DNA of 64,000 nucleotides from an uncultured Planctomycetaceae bacterium (lineage in GTDB: Bacteria; Planctomycetota; Planctomycetia; Planctomycetales; Planctomycetaceae): positions 544,001 to 608,000 of the forward strand of contig CAWFAK010000007.1 of assembly GCA_963813715.1 (NCBI GenBank). Reading direction: 5' to 3'. The notes below the pieces were generated by a model, which was not told where the DNA came from, made no database searches, and saw only the letters and a program-made list of their open reading frames with translations. Numbering within the stretch: the first letter of the stretch is position 1; each line of letters opens with the position of its first letter. A program made the translations under genes and the position numbers. Shown here piece after piece: positions 43,942 to 57,508 of the stretch.

Positions 43942-45174
43942 TTAGGAAATTCCGGCCAGGACCGTCGCCCGGCCCACGCGGCCAATTCCAAGCAAGTAGG
44001 CTGCCGTTCGCAAGGAAACGTGCTTGTCTTCGGCGATCTTCCAAACTTTGTCGAAGCTTTCAAGGAGGATGCGGTCCAGTTCTGTCCGCACACGAGTCAG
44101 GTCCCAGCGGAAATGCTGGCGGTTTTGCACCCATTCGAAGTAGCTGGCCGTCACGCCGCCGGAGTTGGCCAGAATGTCGGGCAGGACGAGCAATTTGCGT
44201 TGTTCGAAGATGGCGTCGGCGTCGATCACGGTCGGGTTGTTGGCGGCCTCGACGATGTATCGGGCCCGGATGTCCTTGGCATTGTCTTTATTCAATACGC
44301 CGCCCAGGGCCGCGGGAATCAACACGTCGACCGGCATCGTGAGTAGTTTTTCGTTATTGATCTGCTCGCCGCCGGAGAAATCGCGGACGCTGACGTGGTC
44401 GCGGCAGAACTGCAGCAGGCCCGGGATGTCGAGACCTTGCGGGTTGAAGATGCCGCCGTCCTTATCGCTGACGGCGATGACCTTCATCCCTTTCGCATGC
44501 AGGAATTGCGAGGCAAACGAGCCGACGTTGCCGAACCCCTGAATGGCGACGGTGGCCCCCTGCACCGGCTGCTTGACCCGCTCCAGCATGGCGGCCGTAA
44601 GAATGGCGACGCCGCGGCCGGTCGCCTCTTCGCGCCCTTCCGAGCCGTGCAGCTCGAGCGGCTTGCCGGTGACGCAGGCCGGGTTGAAGCCCTTGTACTT
44701 CTGATATTGGCTCATGAACCAGGCCATGACCTGCGCGTTGGTCCCCATATCGGGAGCGGGGATGTCGCTGTCGGGTCCGACCATGTCGTGAATGGCGTCG
44801 ACGAACTTACGCGTCACCCGCTCGAGCTCGCCCTGGCTCAACTCCTGCGGGTTGATCGAGATGCCCCCCTTCGCTCCGCCGTACGGAATGTTGACGACGG
44901 CCGTCTTCCACGTCATGAGGGTGGCAAGCGCGCGGACTTCGTCGGCGTCGGTTTCCTGGTGGTAGCGCAGGCCGCCTTTCATCGGGCCGCGGGCGCTGTC
45001 GTGCTGCACGCGATAGCCGATGAAGGTGGCGATCTCGCCGTTGTCGCGCTCGAGCGTCACTTGGACCTTGAGTTCGCGCTCGGGGATCAACAGCAGGGCC
45101 TGCATGTTCTTGGACAGGCCCATCAGGTTGGCAGCGTGGTCGAAATACCGGACGGTGGTGTCGTACTGAGTCAT
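43942..45174 (-). CDS. gdhA: Glutamate dehydrogenase (Glu/Leu/Phe/Val family)
   Basis: [53 protein letters not shown]. Confidence 0.95.
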   Translation of the reverse strand: MTQYDTTVRYFDHAANLMGLSKNMQALLLIPERELKVQVTLERDNGEIATFIGYRVQHDSARGPMKGGLRYHQETDADEVRALATLMTWKTAVVNIPYGGAKGGISINPQELSQGELERVTRKFVDAIHDMVGPDSDIPAPDMGTNAQVMAWFMSQYQKYKGFNPACVTGKPLELHGSEGREEATGRGVAILTAAMLERVKQPVQGATVAIQGFGNVGSFASQFLHAKGMKVIAVSDKDGGIFNPQGLDIPGLLQFCRDHVSVRDFSGGEQINNEKLLTMPVDVLIPAALGGVLNKDNAKDIRARYIVEAANNPTVIDADAIFEQRKLLVLPDILANSGGVTASYFEWVQNRQHFRWDLTRVRTELDRILLESFDKVWKIAEDKHVSLRTAAYLLGIGRVGRATVLAGIS

Positions 45175-45482
45175 CGAAGCTCCCTCCGGCCGGGCGAAGT
45201 GCCGGCAGACATTCGCTGAGGCCGGATTCTATGAAAGCGCGAGTTGAAGTGAGAGCTCTCGGCGCGAGCGAAAACCGAAATCCCTGAATGTTGGGGCTCG
45301 CCACGGCAGTGGGCGCGAGCCGGGTTTCGATTCACCTCCCGTCCTTAATCATCATTCTAGCCATTAACTGAACAGTGTTAAACATTGGGGGGTGTTAGCC
45401 GGGGGTGTTAACCACAGGTCGGCATTGGGCATCCGTCGGCCGAGGTCTTCGTTTCCCGAGCTGGGGGCTCTCTTCGCGAAGC

Positions 45483-46783
45483 CTATTTATCGAATTCGGC
45501 CGGCGAGACCGACTCCCGGTCGTCGCGGGCATCGGCTCGTCGGACTTCGGATCGTCCCAGGTCGGAGCGTCGCACGTCCGACGAATCGCGGGAAGACATC
45601 CGGCGATCGGGTGTGCGGCCGTTGGCCCGCCACGGTCCGGCGACGTTTGTGACGAAGAAGCGTTCCAGCACGCGAGCATACAAATCGTGTCCGGCGGCTG
45701 AAAAGCGAGGCGCGTTTTCCCGGAACAGGCGTTCCGCATGTTCTGTCCCGCGAAACGCGGGCGACGGATCGCAGTAGAGGATGTTTTCCCGCTCGGCAAA
45801 GGCCGACAGCGAATCGAACGGCAGCCGGTTCTTATACAGCACGTGTTGCTGCAGGCCGGCCCGCTCACGGACGCCCGCGCCGTTGCTGGCCTCGGCCGTG
45901 ACCTGCCACGGGCACGGAATCACCGAGAGCACAAATTCCGCATTGGCCTGCCGGCAGGCGACGGCCATCTGACTCAGTATGTCGAGCGTCTGGTCGATGT
46001 AGACCGACCAATCGGGTGCGTCGTCCCGCAGCCAAGCGTACGCACCCTGCGGCGCGTCGATATCGCGGGCGTCTTCGGCCTGGTCGTCGGCCCCCAGCAG
46101 ATGGCCCACTCCTCGCTTGCCGTGCTGCCACAACAAGAGCCGCTCGACCCAGAAAACTTCCGAGGCCGTCCGCTGCCGCTCGAGTTCCGGGTGCGGACAG
46201 TAGAGAGGCTGCTTGCCGTTCATCCGCACGTGACGCCGGCAACGATGATCGTCGGCCACGTCGGCCATGTCGAAGTTGAATACGACGAGGTCAGGAGCGA
46301 GGGCAAGCAGGCGATGTCGCAGTGACAGGTACGAGAGCAGCGGCCCTGTTTGCGGACAGCCGGCGTTGATCACCTCGAGATTGACCGCGCTCGGAACGGG
46401 CAGCAGTTCCTTGATGCGGGCGGCGAACGTTTCGGCCTGCGCGGTTTCGGCGCAAGCGTCGACTCGTCTCCCAGGCAGACGATCCGAAACGTGCCGGGCG
46501 GCTTGGGGACTTCGACCTCCGGGCCGCGGAGGCCCAGGCTGTTGGTCCGCCAGCGAACTTCCGTCCCCAGGTCGGGATCGGTAACCGTGATTCGCAAGTC
46601 GGGCTTGAGGCTGTGATGCACCGTCCACGACGGCGCGCACGCGCTTTTATCCGCGCGGCAGACGGCGCACTCGGCCCACGAGTCGTACACATGCAGCCCG
46701 AGTTCGGTGCCGCAGATGCAGAGCCCCAGGGAACCGATTGCCAGAATCAGGTGTTTGATAAAAGCGAGACGAGAACGGACCAT
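45483..46783 (-). CDS. SGNH/GDSL-like hydrolase with N-terminal membrane anchor; frameshifts
   Basis: TNSLGLRG, FRIVCLGDE, EVINAG; His block appears replaced (PRFSAAGH). Confidence 0.7.
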
Positions 46784-46925
46784 CCGTGGCCGCTCCAAAG
46801 GGTCCGGGATTGTAGAGAGCCTGCGGAAGACGAGCAAGACGGGTTGGAACGATCTCAGAACGTCGGCAAATGCGTGCGATTTTGCCCGACGCGCTCTGCG
46901 CAGCTCGGCCCCAGAATCGGCAATT

Positions 46926-47013
46926 GGGTGGCACTGGCGGCTTGTCCGCCAGTGTCCATCTTTCTCCACGCAAACGAATCAAGACACTGGCGGACAAGCC
47001 GCCAGTGCCACCC
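46926..47013. repeat. Inverted pair of REP-like elements
   Basis: GGGTGGCACTGGCGGCTTGTCCGCCAGTG ... CACTGGCGGACAAGCCGCCAGTGCCACCC. Confidence 0.9.
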
Positions 47014-47033
47014 TCGGAGGTTCCCTCGCCCCG

Positions 47034-47968
47034 TCAGACGTGGTCGATCTCGTGAAAATGCTCGGCGGCGGCGCGGTGGCGGTCTTCGATGTGGATCCGC
47101 TCGACCAGCGGCTTGAGCATCGTCAACTCTTTCACGCGGTCGGTGACGGAGAACAGTTCGCGGCATATCGCGTCGGCCGGCATCCAGCCGCCCACTCGCC
47201 CGGCGCCCCGTGCGACGGCCAGCCCGATCACCGCCGCGTACAGCCCGCGTTCGACTTGCTCCGTCTCGTCGACGATCGCGAGGTCGCGCAGCAGGAGGCC
47301 GTGTGGCCGATTGACCACGCGCAGGTAGCCGACGCGCTTGCCGGCTCGCTCTGCGAAATAGAACTCGTCTTCCAGTCGCTGCGTGATCAGGTAGCGCCAA
47401 TATTCGGACGATCGGGCGATCGACAGTGCCAAGCCGGCGTGGGCCCGGTCATAGATCTCCGACAGCTCAGGAATGACCTCGAGCGCGTCGATGCGGCGGA
47501 GTATGCACGGCTCGGGCAGATCGCGGGGAGCGGACGACAGATCGGCCCAGCCCTGCTTCGCCGGACAGGGTCGGTAGCCCAGCCTCTCGTAATAGGCGGG
47601 GCCGATGTCGGAATAGAGCAGGCTGAACGTCTTGCCGACCGCGCGTTCCTGACTTTCGGCAAACGCCAAGAGCCGCGGGGCGAAGCCGCGACCGCGAAAC
47701 TCGGCCGGCGTATGCACGGCGCCGATGGCGCAGGCCCGTTCGACCGTCCCGTCGATCGATACCGACACGTGAAAGCAGTTGCAGGCCGTCACGACGCGGC
47801 CATCGAGCGTGCCCACGTACGACGTCGCGTTCTTATACCGCGGATCGGCGAGCCGTCGCCGGGTGTGCTCTTCGGGGTCGGGGCGGAGGGCCAAACATCA
47901 TGCACGTTGCGAAAGGCCTGCGCCAGTTCATCGGGGTTAGCGCGATGCAGATCCAAGTGTTCAGTCAT
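47034..47968 (-). CDS. GNAT family N-acetyltransferase; frameshift near 47900
   Basis: IGAVHTPAEFRGRGFA, LYSDIG..YYERLGY. Confidence 0.85.
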
Positions 47969-48064
47969 AGCGTCTCGCGAGTTGGCAGCCAGAGGGCCCT
48001 TCGATCATAATCCGACATCTCTGAGACAACTTTATAAAGACCCGCGCGCAATAGACGAAAAACC

Positions 48065-49278
48065 ATGAAATCCAAAACGGCCACCGCACCTCCCGCCTCG
48101 TTGCCTGAGATCGACAAGGCTGCTGCAGTGCGGTTGGTCTCCGAGATGATGGCCGTTCCCGGTCTCAGCGGACAAGAGCGCAAGATTCAAACCGCCGTCC
48201 GCGCAAAGCTCAAGAGCTTGGGCATACCGGCCTCGGCCATCGTCGAGGACACGGCCCCCAAACGCAGTCCGCTCGGCGGCGATTGCGGCAACCTGATCGT
48301 GAAGTTGCCCGGCACGATGCGCGGCCCGCGGCGGCTGTTGATGGCCCATCTCGATACAGTTCCCATCTGCGCCGGCTCGTAAGCCCGTCCGCAAGGGCGA
48401 CCTCATCGTCTCGAAGAATCCCAAAACGGGCCTGGGCGCGGACGATCGCGCCGGCGTGAGCGTCCTGCTGACGGCGCTTGCCGAGATCCGTCGCCGCAAG
48501 CTGCCGCATCCGCCGTTGACCTTCGTCTGGCCCGTGCAAGAAGAGGTCGGACTGCTCGGGAGTGCGATTCATGGACTTCAAGAAGCTGGGCAACCCGCAG
48601 CTCTGCTTCAACTGGGACGGCGGACCGTCCGACGTGGCGACGGTCGGCGCGACGGGAGGCGTCGAGCTGACGATCCGCATCGTCGGGCTGGCGAGCCACG
48701 CCGGCGCCCATCCCGAGCTGGGCATCAGTGCGATCGGTGTCGCCGGCGTCGCCATTGCCGACCTGGTGGCCGGCGGCTGGCACGGGCTGGTCGTCAAAGG
48801 GAGCCGCACGGGGACGAGCAATATCGGGATCATTTCGGCGGGCGACGCCACGAACGTCGTCACGCCGGAGCTTGACCTCAAGGCCGAGGTCCGCAGCCAC
48901 GACCCGCAGTTCCGTCGCGAGATCATTGCCGCCTATAGGACGGCCTTCGAGAAGGCGGCCAAGACGCTGACGAACGCCGCGGGCGTAGCGGGCCGCATCG
49001 AATTCAGCCTGTTCGAGAAATACGAGTCGTTCCGCCTCCCCGACGACGCGCCGGTCGTGAAGACGGCCCTCCGCGCGATCGAGCTGAGCGGATCGACTCC
49101 CGCCCTGCGCACGACCAACGGCGGTCTCGACGCCAATTGGCTCACGGCGCACGGCTTCCCCACCGTGACGCTCGGCTGCGGCCAGCAGGACGTGCACACC
49201 GTGGCCGAGAGCCTGCACATTCCCAGCTATCTCAACGGCTGCCGCATCGCGCTTGCGCTGGCGACAGCCGCCGTCTGA
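48065..49278 (+). CDS. M20/M25/M40 metallopeptidase (peptidase T-like); frameshifts near 48378 and 48560
   Basis: AHLDTV, LGADDRAG, QEEVGL, HAG..PE.G, GGLDAN, VHT..E. Confidence 0.9.
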
Positions 49279-49442
49279 CGCCCCAATCGGCCGCACTTGC
49301 AGCGGCTGGTATTCTCGAACGCGCCGCAAAAAGAATAGAATCGGGCGTTTGATTTTGACATTTGGCAAGCGCTGCGCCGTCTGCTAATTTTTAAGCATCT
49401 AATTCGGAAGCACGTTTCACACCCCGAATCGAGCGTTTGGGC

Positions 49443-50335
49443 ATGGCGGAAGCAGCACTCTTGGAAGATGCACTGGCCGGACAGCGGCTCCTGATCAATC
49501 GTCAACTGGCGGAATACATCGATCGGCTCGGCTCCGATTGTCCCGACCGTCTCCGCGAGGCGATGGCTTACAGCCTGCTGGCCGGCGGCAAGCGGCTGCG
49601 GCCGCTGTTGACGTTGCTCGCCTGCGAAGCGGCCGGCGGCAACCCCCAAGCGGCGCTCCCCGCGGCCTGCGCGGTCGAGATGATCCACACCTATTCGCTG
49701 ATCCACGACGACCTGCCCGCGATGGACGACGATTCGCTCCGTCGCGGCCGGCCGACATGCCACATCCAGTTCGGCGAGGCGATCGCCATTCTGGCCGGCG
49801 ACGCACTGCTGACGCTGGCCTTCGAGGTCCTGGCCCGCGACGTCCACCCCCCGCAAGTCGCTGCCGCCTGCTGTGCCGATCTGGCGGCCGCGGCCGGTGC
49901 CACAGGGATGGTCGCCGGGCAGACAGCCGACTTCGAGGCGGAAGGGACGGGAGTCGCCGGGATCGAACAACTTCAAGCCATCCACCTGAGGAAGACTGGA
50001 CGCCTGCTGCGGTCGGCCCTCACAATGGGGGGGCGGATCGCGGGAGCGTCGCCGGAAGCTCTTGCCAGCCTTGCCCAATACGGCGACAAGGTTGGCTTGG
50101 CGTTCCAAATTGCGGACGATCTCTTGGACATTGTCGGTGAACAAGAGAAGATGGGAAAAGGCGTGCGTAAAGACGCCAACCTTGGGAAGTTGACTTACCC
50201 CTTCCTCTTGGGGATGCAAGAGAGCCGCAAGCGGGCCCGCTTGTTGATCGACGAGGCGTGCCGTTCGCTCGCCGTGTTCGGCGAGGCGAGCCAGCGCTTG
50301 GAAGCGTCGGCGCACTTCGTTCTTGAGAGAGACCA

Positions 50336-50339
<4 letters not shown>
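49443..50339 (+). CDS. ispA: Polyprenyl (farnesyl/geranylgeranyl) diphosphate synthase
   Basis: GGKRLRP, HDDLPAMDDD..RRG, KTG, FQIADDLLD. Confidence 0.93.
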
Positions 50340-52234
<1,895 letters not shown>

Positions 52235-52354
52235 ACGACGTTCGCGACGTGCGACGTCGATTTGTGTCGTCGACCGTCGCCCGACCGCGACCGCACGGCG
52301 GGGTTGTAAAAGACCGCTTGCCGCCGTTTGCCGGAATCGACACAATTCCGCGCC

Positions 52355-53717
52355 ATGAACCGGCATTCACTTCTCTCCATCGTTTTACTGTCGTTTTGCA
52401 CCTTGGTCGCTGCGCGAGATCGTGCCTCGGCCGCGGATAACGGTCCGTTCACGCTCAAGGAAGCGGCCCCCGATGCGCGGATCGAAAACGTCGATGTGCG
52501 GGTGAAGGTTTCGGGCACGGCCGAGTTTGCGATTGAGAAAGGCAAGCTACTTTCGCAGCCGATCGTTGCCGAGGCCGCTTTGAAATTCCGCGAACGCTGG
52601 CTGCCCGGCTCCGGCCGCGATGCCGAGGCCCTGCGTTCGCTGCGGCACTACGACGCACTGGTGACGGACATCAAGGTCGCCGACCATGCGACCCGCTCGC
52701 AGCTGTCGACCGATCGGCGGCAGATCGTCGCGCAGGGACGCAGCGAAGGGATTTTGTTCTACAGCCCGGCCGGCCCGCTGACGTCGGCCGATCTCGAGTT
52801 GTTGCGGGCCCCGGCCGACACCTTGTGCCTGGTGGCGCTGTTGCCGCCCAACCCGGTTTCGATCGGCGACAAATGGACGCCGCCCGCCTGGGCCGGCCAG
52901 ATGCTCACGGAAACCGAGGCCGCCTCCAAGTCCGAACTGACGTGCACGCTCGAATCGGTGGCCGACGACAAGGCCAAAGTCGCCGTGACGGGCTCCGTCG
53001 TCGGCGCGACCTCCGGCTCGTCGGGCAAGGTCGATCTGCACGGGTGGTACTTGTTCGACCTCAAGGCCCACCTCATCGCGCGGGCGGAGCTCGACCAGAT
53101 CGAAGATCGCACGGTCGGCCCCGTTTCGCCGGGCATGAGGGTGACGGCGCACACGACGGTTACGCGGGCCCCCTCGGACAATTCGGAAGGTCTGACGCAG
53201 GAAGCCGCCTCGGCCGTCCCGCTCGATCCGCCCGCCGCGCTCACGCTGCTCACATTCCACAGTCCGTGGAACATCGAGTTGACGCATGACCGCGATTGGC
53301 ACGTCTTCCAGCAGAACCGGCAAATCGCCGTGCTGCGATTGATCGAGCAAGGCAGCCTGGTCGCGCAGTGCAACCTGACGCCGATTCGCCCGGCGGCCGC
53401 GGGAGAGCACGTATCGCCGGAGCAGTTTCAGGACGACATCCGCACGAGCCTCGGCCCGCAGTTCAAGTCGCTCGAGAAGGCCGAGCCGATCCCGACGGGC
53501 GACGGACGCTTTCTCTTCCGCGTCAGCGGTCATCGGCGAAGCGAACAAAGCTCCGATCACGTGGATCTATTATCTCTGCGCGGCCCCCAGCGGTTCGCAA
53601 ACCTCGTGCGTGTTCGCCATCGACTCGACGCTGCGCAAGCGGCTGGGCGACCGCGACCTGGAAATGATGAAGAGCCTCAAGTTCGTCGACACGCCCACCC
53701 AGGCGGACAAACGCTAA
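52355..53717 (+). CDS. Exported hypothetical protein; frameshift near 53528
   Basis: Signal peptide; strong GC3 coding bias; continues in a shifted frame as VIGEANKAPITWIYYL...QADKR*. Confidence 0.75.
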
Positions 53718-53900
53718 GCGGATCGCTGAGCGCAGCGGCGACTCTGGACTTTCGACGTCTGAGCGCCTTTTCTGCCGTTATAACCGGCACCGTCGGCACG
53801 CAAAGCTGGCGGCGACGTCCTCGCTGGGCCGCCCGTCTCCTGTTTCCGAGCTAGTGTTCACACGCGCCAGGCTCGGCGCGAGGAATGTCGGAGGCACGGA

Positions 53901-54839
53901 GTGTTCTCGATTCTCGACTTCGATCTGCCCACGCGGGTTTCGTCCGCGCTGTTTTGGGCGTGGATCATCGCCAGCGTGATGCTGGCCTTGGGGCTCGGTT
54001 TCTTGGCCGGCGTGACCTACGCCAACCGGGCCACCGATCGGGGCATTCGCAAAGCGTCCAAAACGCTGGCGTCGCTCTACGCCCTGGTGCTCGATTCTCT
54101 GGAGAATTCGCGGCGAATCGTCGCGCTCTTGGAGAACTTCCCGAAGGTCGCGCTCACCAAGGAACAGGTCGATCAGCTCGACACCAAGCGCGGCTTCCTG
54201 ACGGACATGATGGGACGGCTTATCGGCACGCAGCGCGATGCTCTCGCCAAACAGGTCGAAACGCAGGCCAAGCCGAAGCCCAAGTCCAAACCGATCAAGC
54301 TGACCTGGCAGCGGGGGACGTTCGACGCGCACACGAATCTGCCCGACCGGACCGCGTTCGACGTCAACCTGGCCCAAATGCTCGACGCCGGATCGCGGGC
54401 CGAGGTGCCGAGCGGCCTGTTGCAAATCCGCATCGATCGGATCGATCAGCTCAAGTCGCGGTTTGGGATCGCCGGATTCGACGCCTTCGTCAAGGATTTG
54501 GCCGCGGTGATGTCGCAATCGGTCCGCGAACAGGATCTGGCCTGCCGCCTGGCCCCCGATCTGTTTGCGATCTTGCTCCCCAATGTCGATGCGGAAAGCG
54601 GCCGCAAGCTGTCGCAGGCAGTGCGGAACGCCGTCCGCGTTCACAACTTCCGCACGCACGACGGGGGCCCGGAAGTGCTGGTGACGGCCAGCTTCGGCTT
54701 CACCCCCTGCCCGCCCCACGATTCGCCCGAAGCGGCTCTGACCCGCTCCGGCGACGCCCTGGCCCAGTCGGCCCGCAAGGGCCGCAACCAACTGCACGCC
54801 TACGAAGGCGAAGCGGTTGTACACTGCGCGGCCGGCTAA
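53901..54839 (+). CDS. Membrane-anchored GGDEF-domain protein with degenerate active site
   Basis: DAHTNLPDR, VREQDLACRLAPDLFAILLP (APDLF in place of GGDEF), VTASFG, ARKGRN. Confidence 0.85.
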   Translation: MFSILDFDLPTRVSSALFWAWIIASVMLALGLGFLAGVTYANRATDRGIRKASKTLASLYALVLDSLENSRRIVALLENFPKVALTKEQVDQLDTKRGFLTDMMGRLIGTQRDALAKQVETQAKPKPKSKPIKLTWQRGTFDAHTNLPDRTAFDVNLAQMLDAGSRAEVPSGLLQIRIDRIDQLKSRFGIAGFDAFVKDLAAVMSQSVREQDLACRLAPDLFAILLPNVDAESGRKLSQAVRNAVRVHNFRTHDGGPEVLVTASFGFTPCPPHDSPEAALTRSGDALAQSARKGRNQLHAYEGEAVVHCAAG

Positions 54840-55271
54840 TGCTGATTTTTTGCGGTCTTTGGACCTGCTCGGCGCGAAAGTTCCCGCGTCGGCGGCGGCT
54901 CGGTCGTAGAAGTCTCAATGGCCCGGATTTCGTGTGAAACTCGCAGCTGTTTTTTGACTGAAGGTCGACCCGGTCGGCCGATTAAAGACTCGCAAAACAC
55001 CGGGAATCGCAGCCACTTCCGCCAAAGCGCCTCTTGTCACGTTTCGCAGGTTCCGATACGATCCCATGGGCGACGGATCGCCGAAGCCTGGCAGCCTGTT
55101 GGAAAGCCAGCAGACCGGATTGTCTGCACCATTTGGGGAAGAATGTCTGCTCGACCCGCGGGACTTGTCGCAGTGAACAACCGGGTCGATCGGATCGATG
55201 CTGCGAGTGCGAATCGATCTTTCGGCGGCTGCTGTCCCCTTTTCTTCTCTTTCGCCATGGGATGAGGATCT

Positions 55272-57368
55272 ATGCGGTTCCCAGCAACTTCGCGCACCGG
55301 CAGCACTCTGATCGCGGTCACCTTGGCCCTGGCGGCCTCGACCATTTTCGCCCATGAGGCAGCTGAGCCCCGGCCGGCGGAGTCGCGGACGGCGATCCTC
55401 GTCTGCAAGATGATCGAAGAGAATCACATCAGCCACGTGCGGATCAACGAAGAGATCTCCGCCAAGCTGTTCAAGCACTACATCGAGCTGTTGGACCCGC
55501 GCAAGCTCTACTTCACCCAGGCTGATATCGACGAGCTGGGCCAGGACAAGGCCAAGCTCGGCGACCTGATGAAGCACGGCAACGTCGACTTTGCTTACAA
55601 CACGTTCGACCTGTTCCTCAAGCGGGTCGCCGAACGCAAGGCGCTTGCCGACAAGTTCATCGAAGAAAAGCCCGACTTCAGCGTTAAAGAAGGCATGGTA
55701 ATCGACGCCGAAAAGCTCCCCTGGGCCAAGACCCCCGAGGAGATCAGCGAGCGGTGGCGGAAGCAGATCAAGTACGACCTCTTGCAGCTGAAGCTCGAAG
55801 ACACGCCGGAAGCCGAGGCCAAGACGCGCGTGAAGAAGCGCTACCATCTCAATCTCGAAAACTGGACGCAGATGGATGACGGCGAAAAGCTCGAGCTCTA
55901 CCTGAGCGCGCTCACCCACTGTCTCGATCCGCACTCCAGCTACATGTCGCCGCAGACCCGCGACGAGTTCCGCATCTCGATGGAGCTGCGGCTCGAAGGG
56001 ATCGGCGCAGCCCTCCGTGAAGAAGACGGCTACACCGTCGTCAAGCAGATCGTCCCGGGCGGCGCCGCCGAAAAGGACGGCCGTCTGAAGGTCGGCGATA
56101 AGATCATCGGCGTCGACAGCAAGGGCGAAGGCGAGATCACTCCCGTTGTGGAAATGAAGCTCACCAAGGTCGTGCGGCTGATCCGCGGACCGCGAGGCAC
56201 CAAGGTCCGCCTGCAGGTGAAGACGGCCGAGCACATCGATACGAAAGACCCGTCGAAGAACAAGAAGAGCCAGGTGGCCGTCTACGCGCTCACCCGCCGC
56301 ACCATCGAACTCACCTCGTCCGAGGTCAAGGGCCAGATCATACAGGCCGCCGATCGGATCAAGGGTGCCCACGGCCGCATCGGCGTGCTCCGCATCCCCT
56401 CGTTCTATCGCGACTTCAACGGCGCCTCGAGCGGCGAGGATGACTTCAAGAGCACGGCCCGCGACTGCCAGAAAGTCCTCGACAGCTTCAAGCGTCAGGG
56501 CGGCATCGACATGCTGGTCGTCGACCTTCGCGACAACGGCGGTGGCGCCTTGAGCGAAGCCATCGAAGTTTCCGGCCTGTTCATCGAGTCCGGCCCCATC
56601 GTCCAGGTGAAGACACCGGGCGGTGAGAAGGACATCCATCCTGATACGAACCCGACCGTGGCTTATGCCGGTCCGATGGTCGTGCTGACCAATCGGCTCT
56701 CGGCGTCGGCTTCGGAAATCTTTGCCGGCGTGATCAAGGACTATCGCCGCGGCATCATCGTCGGCGACACGTCGACCCACGGCAAAGGCACAGTGCAGAA
56801 CGTGATGCCGGTGGGCCAGTCGGGTCTGTCCGGCCTGTTCAATCCGGAAGACCGCGGGGCGCTGAAGCTCACGATCAGCCAGTTCTACCGGGTCAACGGC
56901 GACAGCACGCAGAACCTGGGCGTTCCCTCGGACGTCGTGCTCCCCTCGCTGTGGGACCACATGGACATTGGCGAATCGTCGCTGGAGAACGCCCTCAAGT
57001 TCGACCATATCGAGCCGGCCGACTACCAGGCTTGGAACCGCGTGAATCCGGAGATGGTCTCGCTCCTGCAAAAGCGGAGCGCGTCCCGCGTCTCGGATGA
57101 GCCCGAATTCAAGAAGCTGGCCAAGGAAATCGCCGTGTTCGACGAGCGGAAGAGCCGCAAGCAGATTTCGCTCAACCTCGAAACACGAAAGAAAGAGCGA
57201 ATTCAGGACAAGCTCGAGGAGAAGAAGGCCGAAGAGGTCGCCACCGAAGAGCAAGGCGACGGCCCGATCTTCGCCGCCGGCTACTACAACAACGAAGTTC
57301 TGCGGATCGGCATGGACTACCTGCAACTCGTGCAGCACGCCATGGCGACGGCCGCTGCCGGCAAATAG
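55272..57368 (+). CDS. prc: Carboxy-terminal processing (tail-specific) protease, S41
   Basis: DPHSSY, PDZ GIGAAL, DLRDNGGG, SASASEI, GKGTVQ, FYRVNGDSTQ. Confidence 0.95.
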   Translation: MRFPATSRTGSTLIAVTLALAASTIFAHEAAEPRPAESRTAILVCKMIEENHISHVRINEEISAKLFKHYIELLDPRKLYFTQADIDELGQDKAKLGDLMKHGNVDFAYNTFDLFLKRVAERKALADKFIEEKPDFSVKEGMVIDAEKLPWAKTPEEISERWRKQIKYDLLQLKLEDTPEAEAKTRVKKRYHLNLENWTQMDDGEKLELYLSALTHCLDPHSSYMSPQTRDEFRISMELRLEGIGAALREEDGYTVVKQIVPGGAAEKDGRLKVGDKIIGVDSKGEGEITPVVEMKLTKVVRLIRGPRGTKVRLQVKTAEHIDTKDPSKNKKSQVAVYALTRRTIELTSSEVKGQIIQAADRIKGAHGRIGVLRIPSFYRDFNGASSGEDDFKSTARDCQKVLDSFKRQGGIDMLVVDLRDNGGGALSEAIEVSGLFIESGPIVQVKTPGGEKDIHPDTNPTVAYAGPMVVLTNRLSASASEIFAGVIKDYRRGIIVGDTSTHGKGTVQNVMPVGQSGLSGLFNPEDRGALKLTISQFYRVNGDSTQNLGVPSDVVLPSLWDHMDIGESSLENALKFDHIEPADYQAWNRVNPEMVSLLQKRSASRVSDEPEFKKLAKEIAVFDERKSRKQISLNLETRKKERIQDKLEEKKAEEVATEEQGDGPIFAAGYYNNEVLRIGMDYLQLVQHAMATAAAGK

Positions 57369-57388
57369 CACTCACCAAAGTCCCCTCC

Positions 57389-57421
57389 AGCCCGCAGGCC
57401 CACTCCTGCGGGCTTTTTTTT
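57389..57421 (+). terminator. Intrinsic terminator
   Basis: AGCCCGCAGG-CCCACT-CCTGCGGGCT-TTTTTTT. Confidence 0.9.
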
Positions 57422-57508
57422 GCGCCTCAAAGAGTGCTGATCGAGCTCCGGACCTCTCTTTTTTTGCGTCGCCTGCCACAAAGGGCCCGTCTGGTCTAAG
57501 ATGCTTTG

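Noticed and set aside
49352..49380. Possible sigma54 or sigma70 promoter upstream of ispA
   Set aside because: The GG-N10-GC match has a poor -12 element, and TTGACA has no -10 box at the right spacing.
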